DNA of 56,393 nucleotides from a virus (lineage: Duplodnaviria; Caudoviricetes): the IMG/VR virus record IMGVR_UViG_3300018476_000015, positions 1 through 56,393 of that record; one strand, written 5' to 3'. The notes below the pieces were generated by a model that was not told the origin of the DNA, did no database searches, and saw only the letters and a list, made by a program, of their open reading frames with translations. Within the stretch, counting starts at the first letter, position 1, and every line of letters starts with the position of its first letter. Shown piece after piece: positions 8,488 through 17,028 of this stretch. The translations under genes and the position numbers were made by a program.

Positions 8488-9510
8488 ATGACCAACTCCC
8501 GCAAGCCGGCCCCCCGCCCGACCCGCACCCGCACCGGCAAGGTGGCGGACGCCCGCCCGGTCTACGAGCGCGTCACCGACCGCATCATCGCCATGCTCGA
8601 CGCCGGCGTGGCGCCCTGGACGAAGCCCTGGACCTCCGGCGCCGCCGGCGCGGGCTACGTCGACGGGGCCCCGGCCTGGTTCCCCCGCAACGCGGTCTCG
8701 AAGAAGCCCTACCGCGGGATCAACGTCTGGCTCCTCCTGTCCGCCGAGGGCAGCTACACCGACAACCGCTGGGTCACCTTCAAGCAGGCCCTCGACCTGG
8801 GGGGCAACGTGCGCAAGGGCGAGAAGGGCACCCAGATCGTGCTGTGGCGCCCGACCGAGCGCACGGTGACCGACGCCAACGGCGACGAGCAGCGCAAGGG
8901 CTCCCTGTTCGCCACCACCTTCACCGTGTTCAACGTCGAGCAGTGCGACGGGCTGAAGCTGGCCAGCCTCACCCCCACCGAGGAGGAGGAGGTCACGCCC
9001 CCGACGAAGGAGGAGCGCCACCTGGAGGCCCAGGCCATCCTGGTCGCCTACCTGGACGGGGCCAACGGCGGGCCGGGCGGGATCGCCCACCACGGCGACC
9101 GCGCCTTCTACTCCCCGGACTTCGACGCCATCACCCTGCCCCCGGTCGTGGCCTTCAAGACCCTGGACGACTACTACACCACCGCGTTCCACGAGGCGGC
9201 GCACTCCACCGGCCACAAGTCGCGCCTCAACCGGGGCTTCGGGTCCACCTTCGGCAACCACGCCTACTCCCGCGAGGAGTTGGTCGCGGAGTTCACCGCC
9301 AGCTTCCTGGCCGCCGTCGCCGGCATCGAGCGCACCGTCGACAACAGCGCCAGCTACCTGCAGTCCTGGGCCAAGGCCCTGAAGGCCGACCCCAAGGCGC
9401 TCATCAGCGCCGCGAGCCAGGCCCAGAAGGCCGCCGACCTCATCCTCACCGCCGGCGTCGCCGCTGAGGAGGATGAGGTCGAGGCCGAGGCCGTGCTCGT
9501 CGCCGCGTGA
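8488..9510 (+). CDS. ardC: ArdC-family antirestriction protein (ssDNA-binding domain + zincin metallopeptidase)
   Basis: PWTKPW, PRNAVSKKPYRGIN, WVTFKQA..LGGNVRKGEKG, VFNVEQCDG, AFYSP..D.I.LP, HEAAHSTGH, YSREELVAE, SASYLQSW. Confidence 0.92.
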   Translation: MTNSRKPAPRPTRTRTGKVADARPVYERVTDRIIAMLDAGVAPWTKPWTSGAAGAGYVDGAPAWFPRNAVSKKPYRGINVWLLLSAEGSYTDNRWVTFKQALDLGGNVRKGEKGTQIVLWRPTERTVTDANGDEQRKGSLFATTFTVFNVEQCDGLKLASLTPTEEEEVTPPTKEERHLEAQAILVAYLDGANGGPGGIAHHGDRAFYSPDFDAITLPPVVAFKTLDDYYTTAFHEAAHSTGHKSRLNRGFGSTFGNHAYSREELVAEFTASFLAAVAGIERTVDNSASYLQSWAKALKADPKALISAASQAQKAADLILTAGVAAEEDEVEAEAVLVAA

Positions 9511-9511
9511 T

Positions 9512-9590
9512 TTGCGGTTCGATGCTCGACATGGTATACTCTAGAAGTCGAGGGGATGTGCCCCTCGCGCGAGACCCGGAGGCACCGCCC
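9512..9590 (+). promoter_or_regulatory. Repeated promoter-hairpin element, copy 6
   Basis: TTGCGG 9512-9517, 17 bp, TATACT 9535-9540; CGAGGGG-ATGTG-CCCCTCG; GGAGG. Confidence 0.85.
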
Positions 9591-9986
9591 ATGAACAACC
9601 TCTACCGCGGACCCAACGCCCCCCGCCCGACCGCCGAGCGCCTGGCCCAGTGGGAGCACGAGGCGGCCTTCATCTACCGCGCCCAGGTGCTGGAGCGCCT
9701 CAGCACCCGCCCCCTGGCCCGGGAGACCCAGAAGGACGTGGACCACGCCACCCGCATCCTGGCCCTGGTGGCCGAGGTCGACCGCCTGCGGGTCGAGTTG
9801 TCCGTCTCCGAGGCCAACCGGCGCGACCAGGAGGGCACGGTCGCCGGCCTGCTGGGCTCCCTGAAGGAGATGGGGGCCGACCTGGCCGAGGCCGAGGGCG
9901 CCCTGGCGAAGAGCAACGAGCAGCGCGACGACGCGATTGCCAAGCTGAAGGCCATCGCCGGCGTGCTCTACGGGGAGGGGCGCTAA
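9591..9986 (+). CDS. Coiled-coil hypothetical protein
   Basis: SD GGAGG; LALVAEVDRLR motif. Confidence 0.75.
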   Translation: MNNLYRGPNAPRPTAERLAQWEHEAAFIYRAQVLERLSTRPLARETQKDVDHATRILALVAEVDRLRVELSVSEANRRDQEGTVAGLLGSLKEMGADLAEAEGALAKSNEQRDDAIAKLKAIAGVLYGEGR

Positions 9987-10201
9987 TGGCTCACCCCATG
10001 ATCGTCTCCCAGTCCCGCCTGGCGGCGCTGCAGCAGCGGGCCCGGGGCGTCGAGGCCGACCAGGAGCAGGCCATCCGAGCCGGGCGCCACGACCAGGCCA
10101 CCGACTACGGGCTGCTGCTCACCGGGCTCTACGAGCAGATCGAGGCCCTCGACCAGCAGATCGCCGCCTACTGGCGCGACCGCGCCTGGGGCTCCCGATG
10201 A
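9986..10201 (+). CDS. Hypothetical protein
   Basis: TAATG overlap. Confidence 0.7.
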   Translation: MAHPMIVSQSRLAALQQRARGVEADQEQAIRAGRHDQATDYGLLLTGLYEQIEALDQQIAAYWRDRAWGSR

Positions 10202-10446
10202 CGGCCTTCCTCACCGGGGAGGAGTGGGCCCGCTGGGCCCGCACCGCCACCCCTGACGAGATTGGCGCCGACATCACCGCCTGGCTCAAGCACACCGAGG
10301 CCGAGGAGGCCCGCCAGGCGCGGGCCGAGGCCAAGGCCCGGGCCCAGGCCGAGAGCGCCGAGCGCAAGGCCCAGTGGCTCGCCGGCAAGGCCGAGCGCCG
10401 GCGCCAGACCCGGGAGTGGATGAGCCGCCCCCGCCAGAGCCGCTAG
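10198..10446 (+). CDS. Hypothetical protein
   Basis: ATGA overlap. Confidence 0.7.
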   Translation: MTAFLTGEEWARWARTATPDEIGADITAWLKHTEAEEARQARAEAKARAQAESAERKAQWLAGKAERRRQTREWMSRPRQSR

Positions 10447-10458
10447 GAGGAACCGCCC

Positions 10459-10752
10459 ATGGCCAACATTCACTACTCCGAGTGCCCCGCCTGCAGCGCC
10501 CCGCTCCCCGAGCCCGTCGAGTTGGAGGAGGCCCGCTACGCCCCCCTCTACGTCTGCCCCCGCTGCGACGCCATCTACGGCGTGCTCACCCTGGGCGCCA
10601 GCTACGCCGTCGTGCGCCCCCGCTGGTACGAGCGCCTCGACCCGCCCACGAAGACGCGCTACTTCGACTTCACCACCCTGGGCTCCGAGGGCATCGGCCG
10701 GCGCCATGGCTGGTACGACGTGAAGTCGCGCCTCATCACCCAGACAGGCTAA
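10459..10752 (+). CDS. Zinc-ribbon protein
   Basis: CPAC…CPRC; SD AGGAGG. Confidence 0.75.
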   Translation: MANIHYSECPACSAPLPEPVELEEARYAPLYVCPRCDAIYGVLTLGASYAVVRPRWYERLDPPTKTRYFDFTTLGSEGIGRRHGWYDVKSRLITQTG

Positions 10753-10756
10753 GGGG

Positions 10757-10954
10757 ATGCGAGGTCTCCTCACCGCCTGCGCCACCTGGGTCGGGGGCTG
10801 GGCCCTCTTCTGGGTCCTCCTCGCCCCCAACGCCACCCACTTCCTCGCCGGCGTCTTCGTCAGCGGCGCCGCGCTCCTCCCATTCCTCTCCCTCGTCGCC
10901 GTGCTGAGCGCCGTCGAAGCCCTCCACGACCGGCGCCGGCGGCACGATAATTGA
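10757..10954 (+). CDS. Small membrane protein (2 TM)
   Basis: Two hydrophobic segments, basic C-terminal tail. Confidence 0.6.
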   Translation: MRGLLTACATWVGGWALFWVLLAPNATHFLAGVFVSGAALLPFLSLVAVLSAVEALHDRRRRHDN

Positions 10955-10990
10955 CGTACTATCCACGTTGTGATAATCTTGACATGGAGG
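10946..10990 (+). promoter_or_regulatory. AT-rich promoter/operator of HTH gene
   Basis: TTGACG 10951-10956, TG-T-GATAAT; direct repeat GATAAT(CT)TGAC at 10946 and 10972; GGAGG. Confidence 0.55.
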
Positions 10991-11001
10991 TAACACACGC
11001 C

Positions 11002-11721
11002 ATGACGACCGCGACCGCGACGCGGCTGCCCGGAAAGCCCGGCCGGCCGCGCACCCGGAAGGAGCGCCCCCAGGTGGGGCTGCCCCTGCCGGCGAACCAG
11101 CGCACCCAGGGCCCGCAGTACAGCGGGTCCGCCGAAGACAAGGCCCACTTCATCCCGGTGGGGCACCGCCTGCGCCTGCTCCGCATGGAGACGGGTCTCA
11201 ATCAGAAGGATTTCGCCCTGGCCACGCTCCAGGACGACCCCCTGGGCAAGGGGCTCACCCCGTACACCGTCAACCGCTTCGAGAACGGGGTGCACAGCCC
11301 CCGCCCGAAGAACGCCATCCTGCTGGCCAAGACGTTGAGCCGGCTGCTTGCCCGGCCGATCCAGGTGAGCGACCTCACCGTCCGGGACGCGGACGGGCTG
11401 GTCGACTACCTGGAGACCGTGCGGGGCAACCGGGAGTCGCCGGCGGTGTTCTACGGCCGGCTGCACATCCCCGAAGAGCGGGCCCGCAAGCTGCGCGCCG
11501 GCACCGTGGCCTGGACGGGCGACGAGTTGGGGCGGGTGGCGATGCACTACGCCGGCGCCGCCGACCTGGTGCGGGACGTGCTCATCGCCCAGGCCAAGCG
11601 GAAAGACGGTTACCCGGCGGCGTTCGGGGAGGTGACCACCAAGTGGGACGGCGTCGACCTGCCCACCAAGCCGGGGGCGAGGCCCGAGCCCAACCCCGAC
11701 CCGGCGCCCCTCTACCGCTAA
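11002..11721 (+). CDS. XRE-family HTH transcriptional regulator
   Basis: GHRLRLLRMETGLNQKDFA…TVNRFENG…P…LAKTL. Confidence 0.8.
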   Translation: MTTATATRLPGKPGRPRTRKERPQVGLPLPANQRTQGPQYSGSAEDKAHFIPVGHRLRLLRMETGLNQKDFALATLQDDPLGKGLTPYTVNRFENGVHSPRPKNAILLAKTLSRLLARPIQVSDLTVRDADGLVDYLETVRGNRESPAVFYGRLHIPEERARKLRAGTVAWTGDELGRVAMHYAGAADLVRDVLIAQAKRKDGYPAAFGEVTTKWDGVDLPTKPGARPEPNPDPAPLYR

Positions 11722-11747
11722 AAGAGCCGGCCATGAAAATGGCCGGC
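11719..11747 (-). terminator. Intrinsic terminator-like hairpin, U-tract on minus strand
   Basis: GCCGGCCAT-N4-ATGGCCGGC (11726-11747), followed on the minus strand by TCTTTTA. Confidence 0.55.
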
Positions 11748-12048
11748 ACCCCGCCCGAGGTGCCGGCCTGGAGGGACGCCCCGCATCCGGCACGTCCGGG
11801 GGAGCGTCGCTCCGATCCTATCAATTCGGGCCCGCGCACAAAAGGTCTTCCTAGACCCTTCCCCCCAGGCCGGGCCGCCCGCTAGACTGAGGGCCCGTCG
11901 ACCACCGCCCGTCGCCGGCGTCTGGGGCGCCCACCCGGGCTGACCATGCCGCGCTGTGGGAGCGTGGTACGATCTGCAATAGCTGAATAGGTTGACGGGA
12001 CGACACCCCGTCCGGCTGTGGTAGGCCGTCGCCAACGTCCTCGGGCTG

Positions 12049-12149
12049 ACCCCTCATGGGGTCTAGGTGCCCGTTGGTTGTTTGGTCGTCCCTGTTGGCG
12101 GGGCTACCACCGACCAGCGGCCAACGGTCACCTAGACGACATGAGGGGT
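12049..12149 (+). promoter_or_regulatory. Long leader stem-loop sequestering the SD of the replication initiator
   Basis: ACCCCTCATG/CATGAGGGGT, GTCTAGGTG/CACCTAGAC, CCGTTGG/CCAACGG, TTGT/GCGG (G-U), TGGTCG/CGACCA. Confidence 0.7.
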
Positions 12150-12157
12150 TTTCCATT

Positions 12158-13144
12158 GTGCAAGACACCGCCACCCCAGACCGCCTACCCAACTTCGCCG
12201 TAATCGCTCGGGAGTGGGCCTGGCAGCAGCCCATCTCCCCGCCGGCGCGCAAGCTGGTCCTCCTCGCCGTCTGCGAGCGCATCAACCACGGCAACGGCAC
12301 CGCCTGGCCCGGCGCTGACTACCTCGCCCGAGCCTGCGGGCTCAACCGGCGCCAGACCCAGAACCACCTCGCCGCCCTGGTCTCGGACGACCTGCTCGTG
12401 GTCACCCGGCGCGACCACGGCAAGGGCCGGCCCTACCCCGTCTACACCGTCCCACCCTTAGTGCAGTACGCTGCACTAAGTCCCGAGATGGTGCAGCCGG
12501 CTGCACAAACCTCCCAGAGAAACGGGGTACTTAGTGCAGCCGAGCGCACTAAGTTAGTGCAGCCCAGTGCACAAACCTTAGTGCAGCCCAGTGCACCAGA
12601 ACCCCTAACGGTGGAACCAGTAACGGTGAACCCTGGGGGGGCCGCCCCCCTACCCCCCACACCGATCCGGCCCGCCCCGAAGCCGAAGGCCCCCATCGTC
12701 CCGAACGGCACCCGCATCGGGGACTACATCGCCTACCTGACCAACCACGGCCACGAGGACCTCGCCTCGGTCAGTGGCCAGGACAAGGCCTTCATCGCCG
12801 GCGCCACTTTTGACGTAGAAGACTTCGCCGCCTGCATGGTCGCCATCGCAGACGGCACCTGGGGCGATGCCTGGATCAAGGGCCGGTTCTCGATCCGCAA
12901 CGTCCACCAGTACCGCTGGCCCCAGTGGATCACCCGGGGGACGCCCACCGCCCCGCCCGCCCCGGGCACCGTCCCCGACCGCTTCAAGGGACCCAATGGC
13001 CAGCCCGACACCACCGCGTCGCTGCACGGTTGGATGCAGCGCAGAAAAGCCCGAGAGGAGGCCGCCCGTGACCGAGCCCAAACCGCCGGCGATGACCGTG
13101 GAGGAGTTCACCCAGCCCTTCCAGCGCCTCGCCCTCGCCTTTAA
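12158..13144 (+). CDS. Phage replication initiator (N-terminal HTH_36-like)
   Basis: WAWQQPISPPARKLVLLAVCERIN…AWPGADYLARACGLNRRQTQNHL..L; internal iterons; upstream of loader and DnaB; GTG start after GAGGGG. Confidence 0.8.
   Translation: MQDTATPDRLPNFAVIAREWAWQQPISPPARKLVLLAVCERINHGNGTAWPGADYLARACGLNRRQTQNHLAALVSDDLLVVTRRDHGKGRPYPVYTVPPLVQYAALSPEMVQPAAQTSQRNGVLSAAERTKLVQPSAQTLVQPSAPEPLTVEPVTVNPGGAAPLPPTPIRPAPKPKAPIVPNGTRIGDYIAYLTNHGHEDLASVSGQDKAFIAGATFDVEDFAACMVAIADGTWGDAWIKGRFSIRNVHQYRWPQWITRGTPTAPPAPGTVPDRFKGPNGQPDTTASLHGWMQRRKAREEAARDRAQTAGDDRGGVHPALPAPRPRL
12457..12633. repeat. Palindromic iteron cluster, putative replication origin
   Basis: Five GTGCAG-N4-(C/G)(T/C)GCAC units at 12461, 12491, 12534, 12557, 12581, plus two TAACGGTG(G)AACC. 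Confidence 0.8.
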
Positions 13145-13508
13145 CCGCTTCGCCTTCCTGTCCGAGGGCGACCGGGAGATGCTCACCGACGACTGGTACG
13201 ACTGCTTCTCCCGGTACGACGGCGAGGCGTGGGTCCACGCCGTCGACGTGTGGAAGCGCTCGCACACGCAGTTCCCCACCCAGGCCGAGATGCACGGCCT
13301 GCTGCTCGACCTGATCCCGGCGATGGTCGCCAACCGGGAGGAGGCGGCGCGCCAGGAGCGGATGCGCCTGGCCAACCCACCCGACCTGGCCAAGACGGAG
13401 GAACTTCGGGAGCGCCTGCGCCGGCTCAAGCAGGCCATGCAGTTGAAGCCGCCGGCGCCGAGCGACGCCCCACCCCTGCTCCCGGAGCACACCGATGACG
13501 ACCGTTGA
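13068..13508 (+). CDS. Putative replicative helicase loader/inhibitor
   Basis: W…F..Y….W..AV..W……FPTQAEM pattern; between initiator and DnaB; SD GAGGAGG. Confidence 0.6.
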   Translation: MTEPKPPAMTVEEFTQPFQRLALAFNRFAFLSEGDREMLTDDWYDCFSRYDGEAWVHAVDVWKRSHTQFPTQAEMHGLLLDLIPAMVANREEAARQERMRLANPPDLAKTEELRERLRRLKQAMQLKPPAPSDAPPLLPEHTDDDR

Positions 13509-14820
13509 CGTACTCCCCACGAACGAGGAGGCCGAGCGCAACCTGCTCGGGGCCTGCCTGCTGCACCACGCCGTGTTCGAGACCATCGGGCGCTTCTGCG
13601 CCCGGCACGACTTCTCCCGGGAGGCGCACCGCCAGGTCTGGGACGCCTTCGTCCACCAGCAGGAGACCGGAGGGCACCCGGACTGGGTCACCCTGCCCGA
13701 GGCCTTGCGCGCCGTGGGAGTGACCAACCAGGAGCAGATCGACCACCTCTGGCGCGACACCGGCGACTGGCGCATCGGCTGCTCGACCTACGACTACGTG
13801 GCCATCACCGAGTGGGCCAGGACCGTCGAGGCCCTGGGCGTGCGCCGGCGCCTGATCGGCGTGTCCGCCCGGATGGCCGAGGCCGGCTACGACGAGACCG
13901 ACACCGACGAGGCGGTGCGCAAGGCCTACCAGGCCCTGGGGGACGCCACGGAACGCCGGGGCCCCACCGGGGACGTGACCCTGGCCGAGACCACCGACGC
14001 GCTCTTCGACCGGCTCACCGGCGGGGAGACGGAGAAGGGGCTGATGACCGGGCTGCCCCACCTCGACGCCGCCACCAGCGGGCTGCGCCCCGGGGAGTTG
14101 ACGATCCTGGCCGCCCGCACCGCCCACGGCAAGACCGCCCTGGCCCTGCAGGTCGCCCGGAAGATCGCCGGCCTGGACACGAGCGTGGCCTACCTCAGCC
14201 TGGAGATGGACGCCGACTCGCTTACCGAGCGCCTGGTGAGCACCGAGGCCGGGCTGCCCATCCGGGACATCCTGGAGGGGGGCGGGCCCGATGACGGCGT
14301 GGCCCGGATCACCGACGCCATCGGCGCCCTGCACGGCCTGCCGATCACCTTCTCCGTCGCGCCGGCGACCACCCTGCCCGAGGTGAAGCGCACCGTCGCC
14401 CGGTGGGCGGACATGGGGCTGTGCAACCTGCTGGTCGTGGACTACCTGCAACTGGTGGGGATGGGGCGCGCCGTGGGCAACCGCGCCTACGAGGTGGGGG
14501 CGGTGGCCCAGGCCCTGCGCGACCTGGCCCAGCAGTACCGAATCCACATCTTCGCCCTGGCCCAACTCAGCCGGGCCGTCGAGGCCCGCCCCGACCCCAC
14601 CCCGGTGCTCTCGGACCTCCGGGAGAGCGGGGGCCTGGAGCAGGCCGCCGACTCTGTCTGGCTGCTCTGGCGCCCGGAGTTGTTCACCCGCTCCCCCAAC
14701 GACGCCGGCGTCGCCTTCGTCCGCCTGGCCAAGAACCGCTCGGGCCCGCTGACCACCGAGCCCCTGCAGTTCGACGCCCCCACCACCCGCTTCGGGCTGC
14801 TGAGCACCCGCGAGGAATGA
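13495..14820 (+). CDS. dnaB: Replicative DNA helicase, DnaB family
   Basis: AERNLLGACL, ILAARTAHGKT (Walker A), SLEM, VVDYLQL, LAQLSR, P.LSDLRESG.LEQAAD, AKNRSG. Confidence 0.95.
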   Translation: MTTVDVLPTNEEAERNLLGACLLHHAVFETIGRFCARHDFSREAHRQVWDAFVHQQETGGHPDWVTLPEALRAVGVTNQEQIDHLWRDTGDWRIGCSTYDYVAITEWARTVEALGVRRRLIGVSARMAEAGYDETDTDEAVRKAYQALGDATERRGPTGDVTLAETTDALFDRLTGGETEKGLMTGLPHLDAATSGLRPGELTILAARTAHGKTALALQVARKIAGLDTSVAYLSLEMDADSLTERLVSTEAGLPIRDILEGGGPDDGVARITDAIGALHGLPITFSVAPATTLPEVKRTVARWADMGLCNLLVVDYLQLVGMGRAVGNRAYEVGAVAQALRDLAQQYRIHIFALAQLSRAVEARPDPTPVLSDLRESGGLEQAADSVWLLWRPELFTRSPNDAGVAFVRLAKNRSGPLTTEPLQFDAPTTRFGLLSTREE

Positions 14821-14896
14821 CGCTCAATCCACGAGTGTGCTATACTGTGAGTCCCGGCGGGATGTGCCCGCCGGCGCCGAGATGGAGGACCCGCCC
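14817..14896 (+). promoter_or_regulatory. Repeated promoter-hairpin element, copy 7 (degenerate -35)
   Basis: TG-C-TATACT 14841-14846; CCGGCGGG-ATGTG-CCCGCCGG; GGAGG. Confidence 0.75.
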
Positions 14897-15100
14897 ATGG
14901 TGATGAGCAGAGCCAAGCGCGCCGCGGGGCGCGCCGAGCAGCAGGAGCAGCACCGCGCCCTGGCGGCGCTGGTGGTGCAGCAGCGGGCCGAGCGCCCGAA
15001 GGACCCGAAGCCCGTCGCCGTGGCGACGCCGGCGCGCCGGCCGGCCCGGCGCAAGAGCAGCGGTGGCCGTGGCCAGCGGAGGCGTCCCTTTGGTCGCTAG
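14897..15100 (+). CDS. Small basic protein
   Basis: SD GGAGG, ATG 14897; R/K-rich. Confidence 0.6.
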   Translation: MVMSRAKRAAGRAEQQEQHRALAALVVQQRAERPKDPKPVAVATPARRPARRKSSGGRGQRRRPFGR

Positions 15101-15896
15101 GGGCTGCGGATCGCGCGAGCCGGGCGGGGCCTACCTGGTGTGCGGGCTGGGGCCCGAGGGCGAGCCCATCGAGCGCTTCATCATCGACCCGCCCCGCATC
15201 GTGGACCCCGAGGCCCTGGGGATCGCCCCCCAGGGCATCACCCTCTACACCGGGGCCCCCGAGGGCCGGGACGCCCACCTGGTGGACTGGGTGGGGGAGA
15301 AGCACTACCCCAACGTGGCGGACTTCGTGGAAGAGGTGGCCCACTTCGGGTCCTCCCGGCGCATCCCCAGTACCTTCGACTTCTCCCAGTTGGGGCTGCG
15401 CTCCAAGCACGTCCTGGTGCACGCCCGGGCGGCGGTGACGCCGGCGTCCGCTATCGTCTTCGCCGGCCTGCCCGAGGTGCCGGCGGTGTCCCGGCCGAGC
15501 ACCCTGCAGCGGGCCCTGGCGCGCCAGGGGCGGGCGAACTGCCCGTTCCTGGCGGCGCACGAGATGGGGGAGCCGATGCAGACCTGCGCCGCCTGGTGGT
15601 GGGAGTGGCTGCAGCCCAAGACGGTGGTCTTCGCCTCCGACCTGGAGGCGATGGAGCGCCAGTGCACCCGCCTCGACTACGCCCCCCGCAATCTGCCGGC
15701 GCTGACCTACGCCGGGTACGCCCTGCCCGACCGGGACGTGTGGAAGCCGGACTGGCGCCCGGCAGCCTTCATGGCCCTGCCGGTGCACCGGATCGAGGTG
15801 GTGCGCGACCCGCTGGAGGGGGCGCACGAGTTGGTGGTCAAGCGCGCCCGGAAGAGCGCCCTGCAGGTACTGGAGGTGGACCTCGATGACGACTGA
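15063..15896 (+). CDS. Hypothetical phage protein
   Basis: RGCG.REPGGAYL…HLVDWVGEKHYP.VADFVEE..G.SRRIP; strong codon bias. Confidence 0.75.
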   Translation: MAVASGGVPLVARGCGSREPGGAYLVCGLGPEGEPIERFIIDPPRIVDPEALGIAPQGITLYTGAPEGRDAHLVDWVGEKHYPNVADFVEEVAHFGSSRRIPSTFDFSQLGLRSKHVLVHARAAVTPASAIVFAGLPEVPAVSRPSTLQRALARQGRANCPFLAAHEMGEPMQTCAAWWWEWLQPKTVVFASDLEAMERQCTRLDYAPRNLPALTYAGYALPDRDVWKPDWRPAAFMALPVHRIEVVRDPLEGAHELVVKRARKSALQVLEVDLDDD

Positions 15897-17028
15897 GACG
15901 CCGGCGGCCGAACAACTCCCCCTGATCCCGGAGCGCCTGCCCACCCTGGGGGGGCTGCAGGACGTGCAACTCGACCACCTCCCCCACAACCAGGACCTGG
16001 ACGGCCCGCCCCCCAGCGCCCAACTGGTGGAGAGCATCCGCCGGTGGGGCGTGCTGGAGCCGGTGCTGGTGCGCGCCGTGGGCGGGTCGCTGAACCACGG
16101 CGACCCGGCCACGCTCATCTCCGGGCGCCGGCGGATCAAGGCCGTCCGGCTGCTCCGGGACGAGTACCGCGAGAAGGTGCGCAAGTTCAGCGAGGCCCAC
16201 CCGGGCGAGGTGCTGACCGAGGAGCGCATCCCCGGCTACCGCGCCGCCTACGAGCGCCTGCGGGACTTCCAACGGGTGCCCGTCCGGGTGGTCTCCGACC
16301 CCGAGGGGGTGCTGAACGACGGGCGCACCGAGGCCCTGCTGGTGGCCACCAACGCCGTGCGCACCGACAACCCGCAGGCCGACTTCCAGGCCCTGGCCCG
16401 ACTGCTCGACCGGCTGACGGCGGACGGCCTCTCCGAGAAGGCGTGCCTGACCGAGGCGTCCCGGGTGACCGGGCTGGCGGTGGGCACGGTCAAGCAACGT
16501 TTACGGCTGCTGCACCTGACCCCGGAGTTGCAGGACGACTTCCTGGCCGGCCGGCTGGGGTACACCGTCGCCCTGCACGCCAGCCGGCTCGACCCGGAGT
16601 CGCAGGGCGTGCTGGCCCGGAAGCTGGACGCCGGCGAGCGGGCCACCCTCGACCTGGTCAAGGACGCCAAGCGGGAGGCGGTGCGGGCGGTGCAGGTCGG
16701 GCTCTTCGACGGCCTGCCCGACGCGACCGATGCGCCCCAGGACCCCCGGGGGGCGCCCGGCCCGGCGCCCGACGCCCGGGGCCTGGCCGAGCGGGCCCAC
16801 CTGATGATCGAGCAACTCCGGGCCGTGAAGCTGCCCATCATGCAGGAGGCGGCGAGCCTGATGGCCGACCTGCTGGCGGACGTGGAGGGGCGCGACGCCC
16901 TGGCCTACGCCAACGTCGACCCGGACGCCCCGACCGCAGGCATCCCGCCCAACCTCGTGCTGGACATCGAGCCCGAGCCCGCCCCTGAGAAGCCCAAGCG
17001 GACGCGCCGCAAGAAGGTGACCGAATGA
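15886..17028 (+). CDS. ParB/Spo0J-like protein
   Basis: LVESIRRWGVLEPVLVR…LISGRRRIKA, N..R.D, HTH (GLAVGTVKQRLRLL.L.PELQ). Confidence 0.8.
   Translation: MTTETPAAEQLPLIPERLPTLGGLQDVQLDHLPHNQDLDGPPPSAQLVESIRRWGVLEPVLVRAVGGSLNHGDPATLISGRRRIKAVRLLRDEYREKVRKFSEAHPGEVLTEERIPGYRAAYERLRDFQRVPVRVVSDPEGVLNDGRTEALLVATNAVRTDNPQADFQALARLLDRLTADGLSEKACLTEASRVTGLAVGTVKQRLRLLHLTPELQDDFLAGRLGYTVALHASRLDPESQGVLARKLDAGERATLDLVKDAKREAVRAVQVGLFDGLPDATDAPQDPRGAPGPAPDARGLAERAHLMIEQLRAVKLPIMQEAASLMADLLADVEGRDALAYANVDPDAPTAGIPPNLVLDIEPEPAPEKPKRTRRKKVTE

Noticed and set aside
11750-12050. tRNA or known structured RNA in the long intergenic region
   Set aside because: No cloverleaf or T-loop motif recognised; reported only as a candidate ncRNA.
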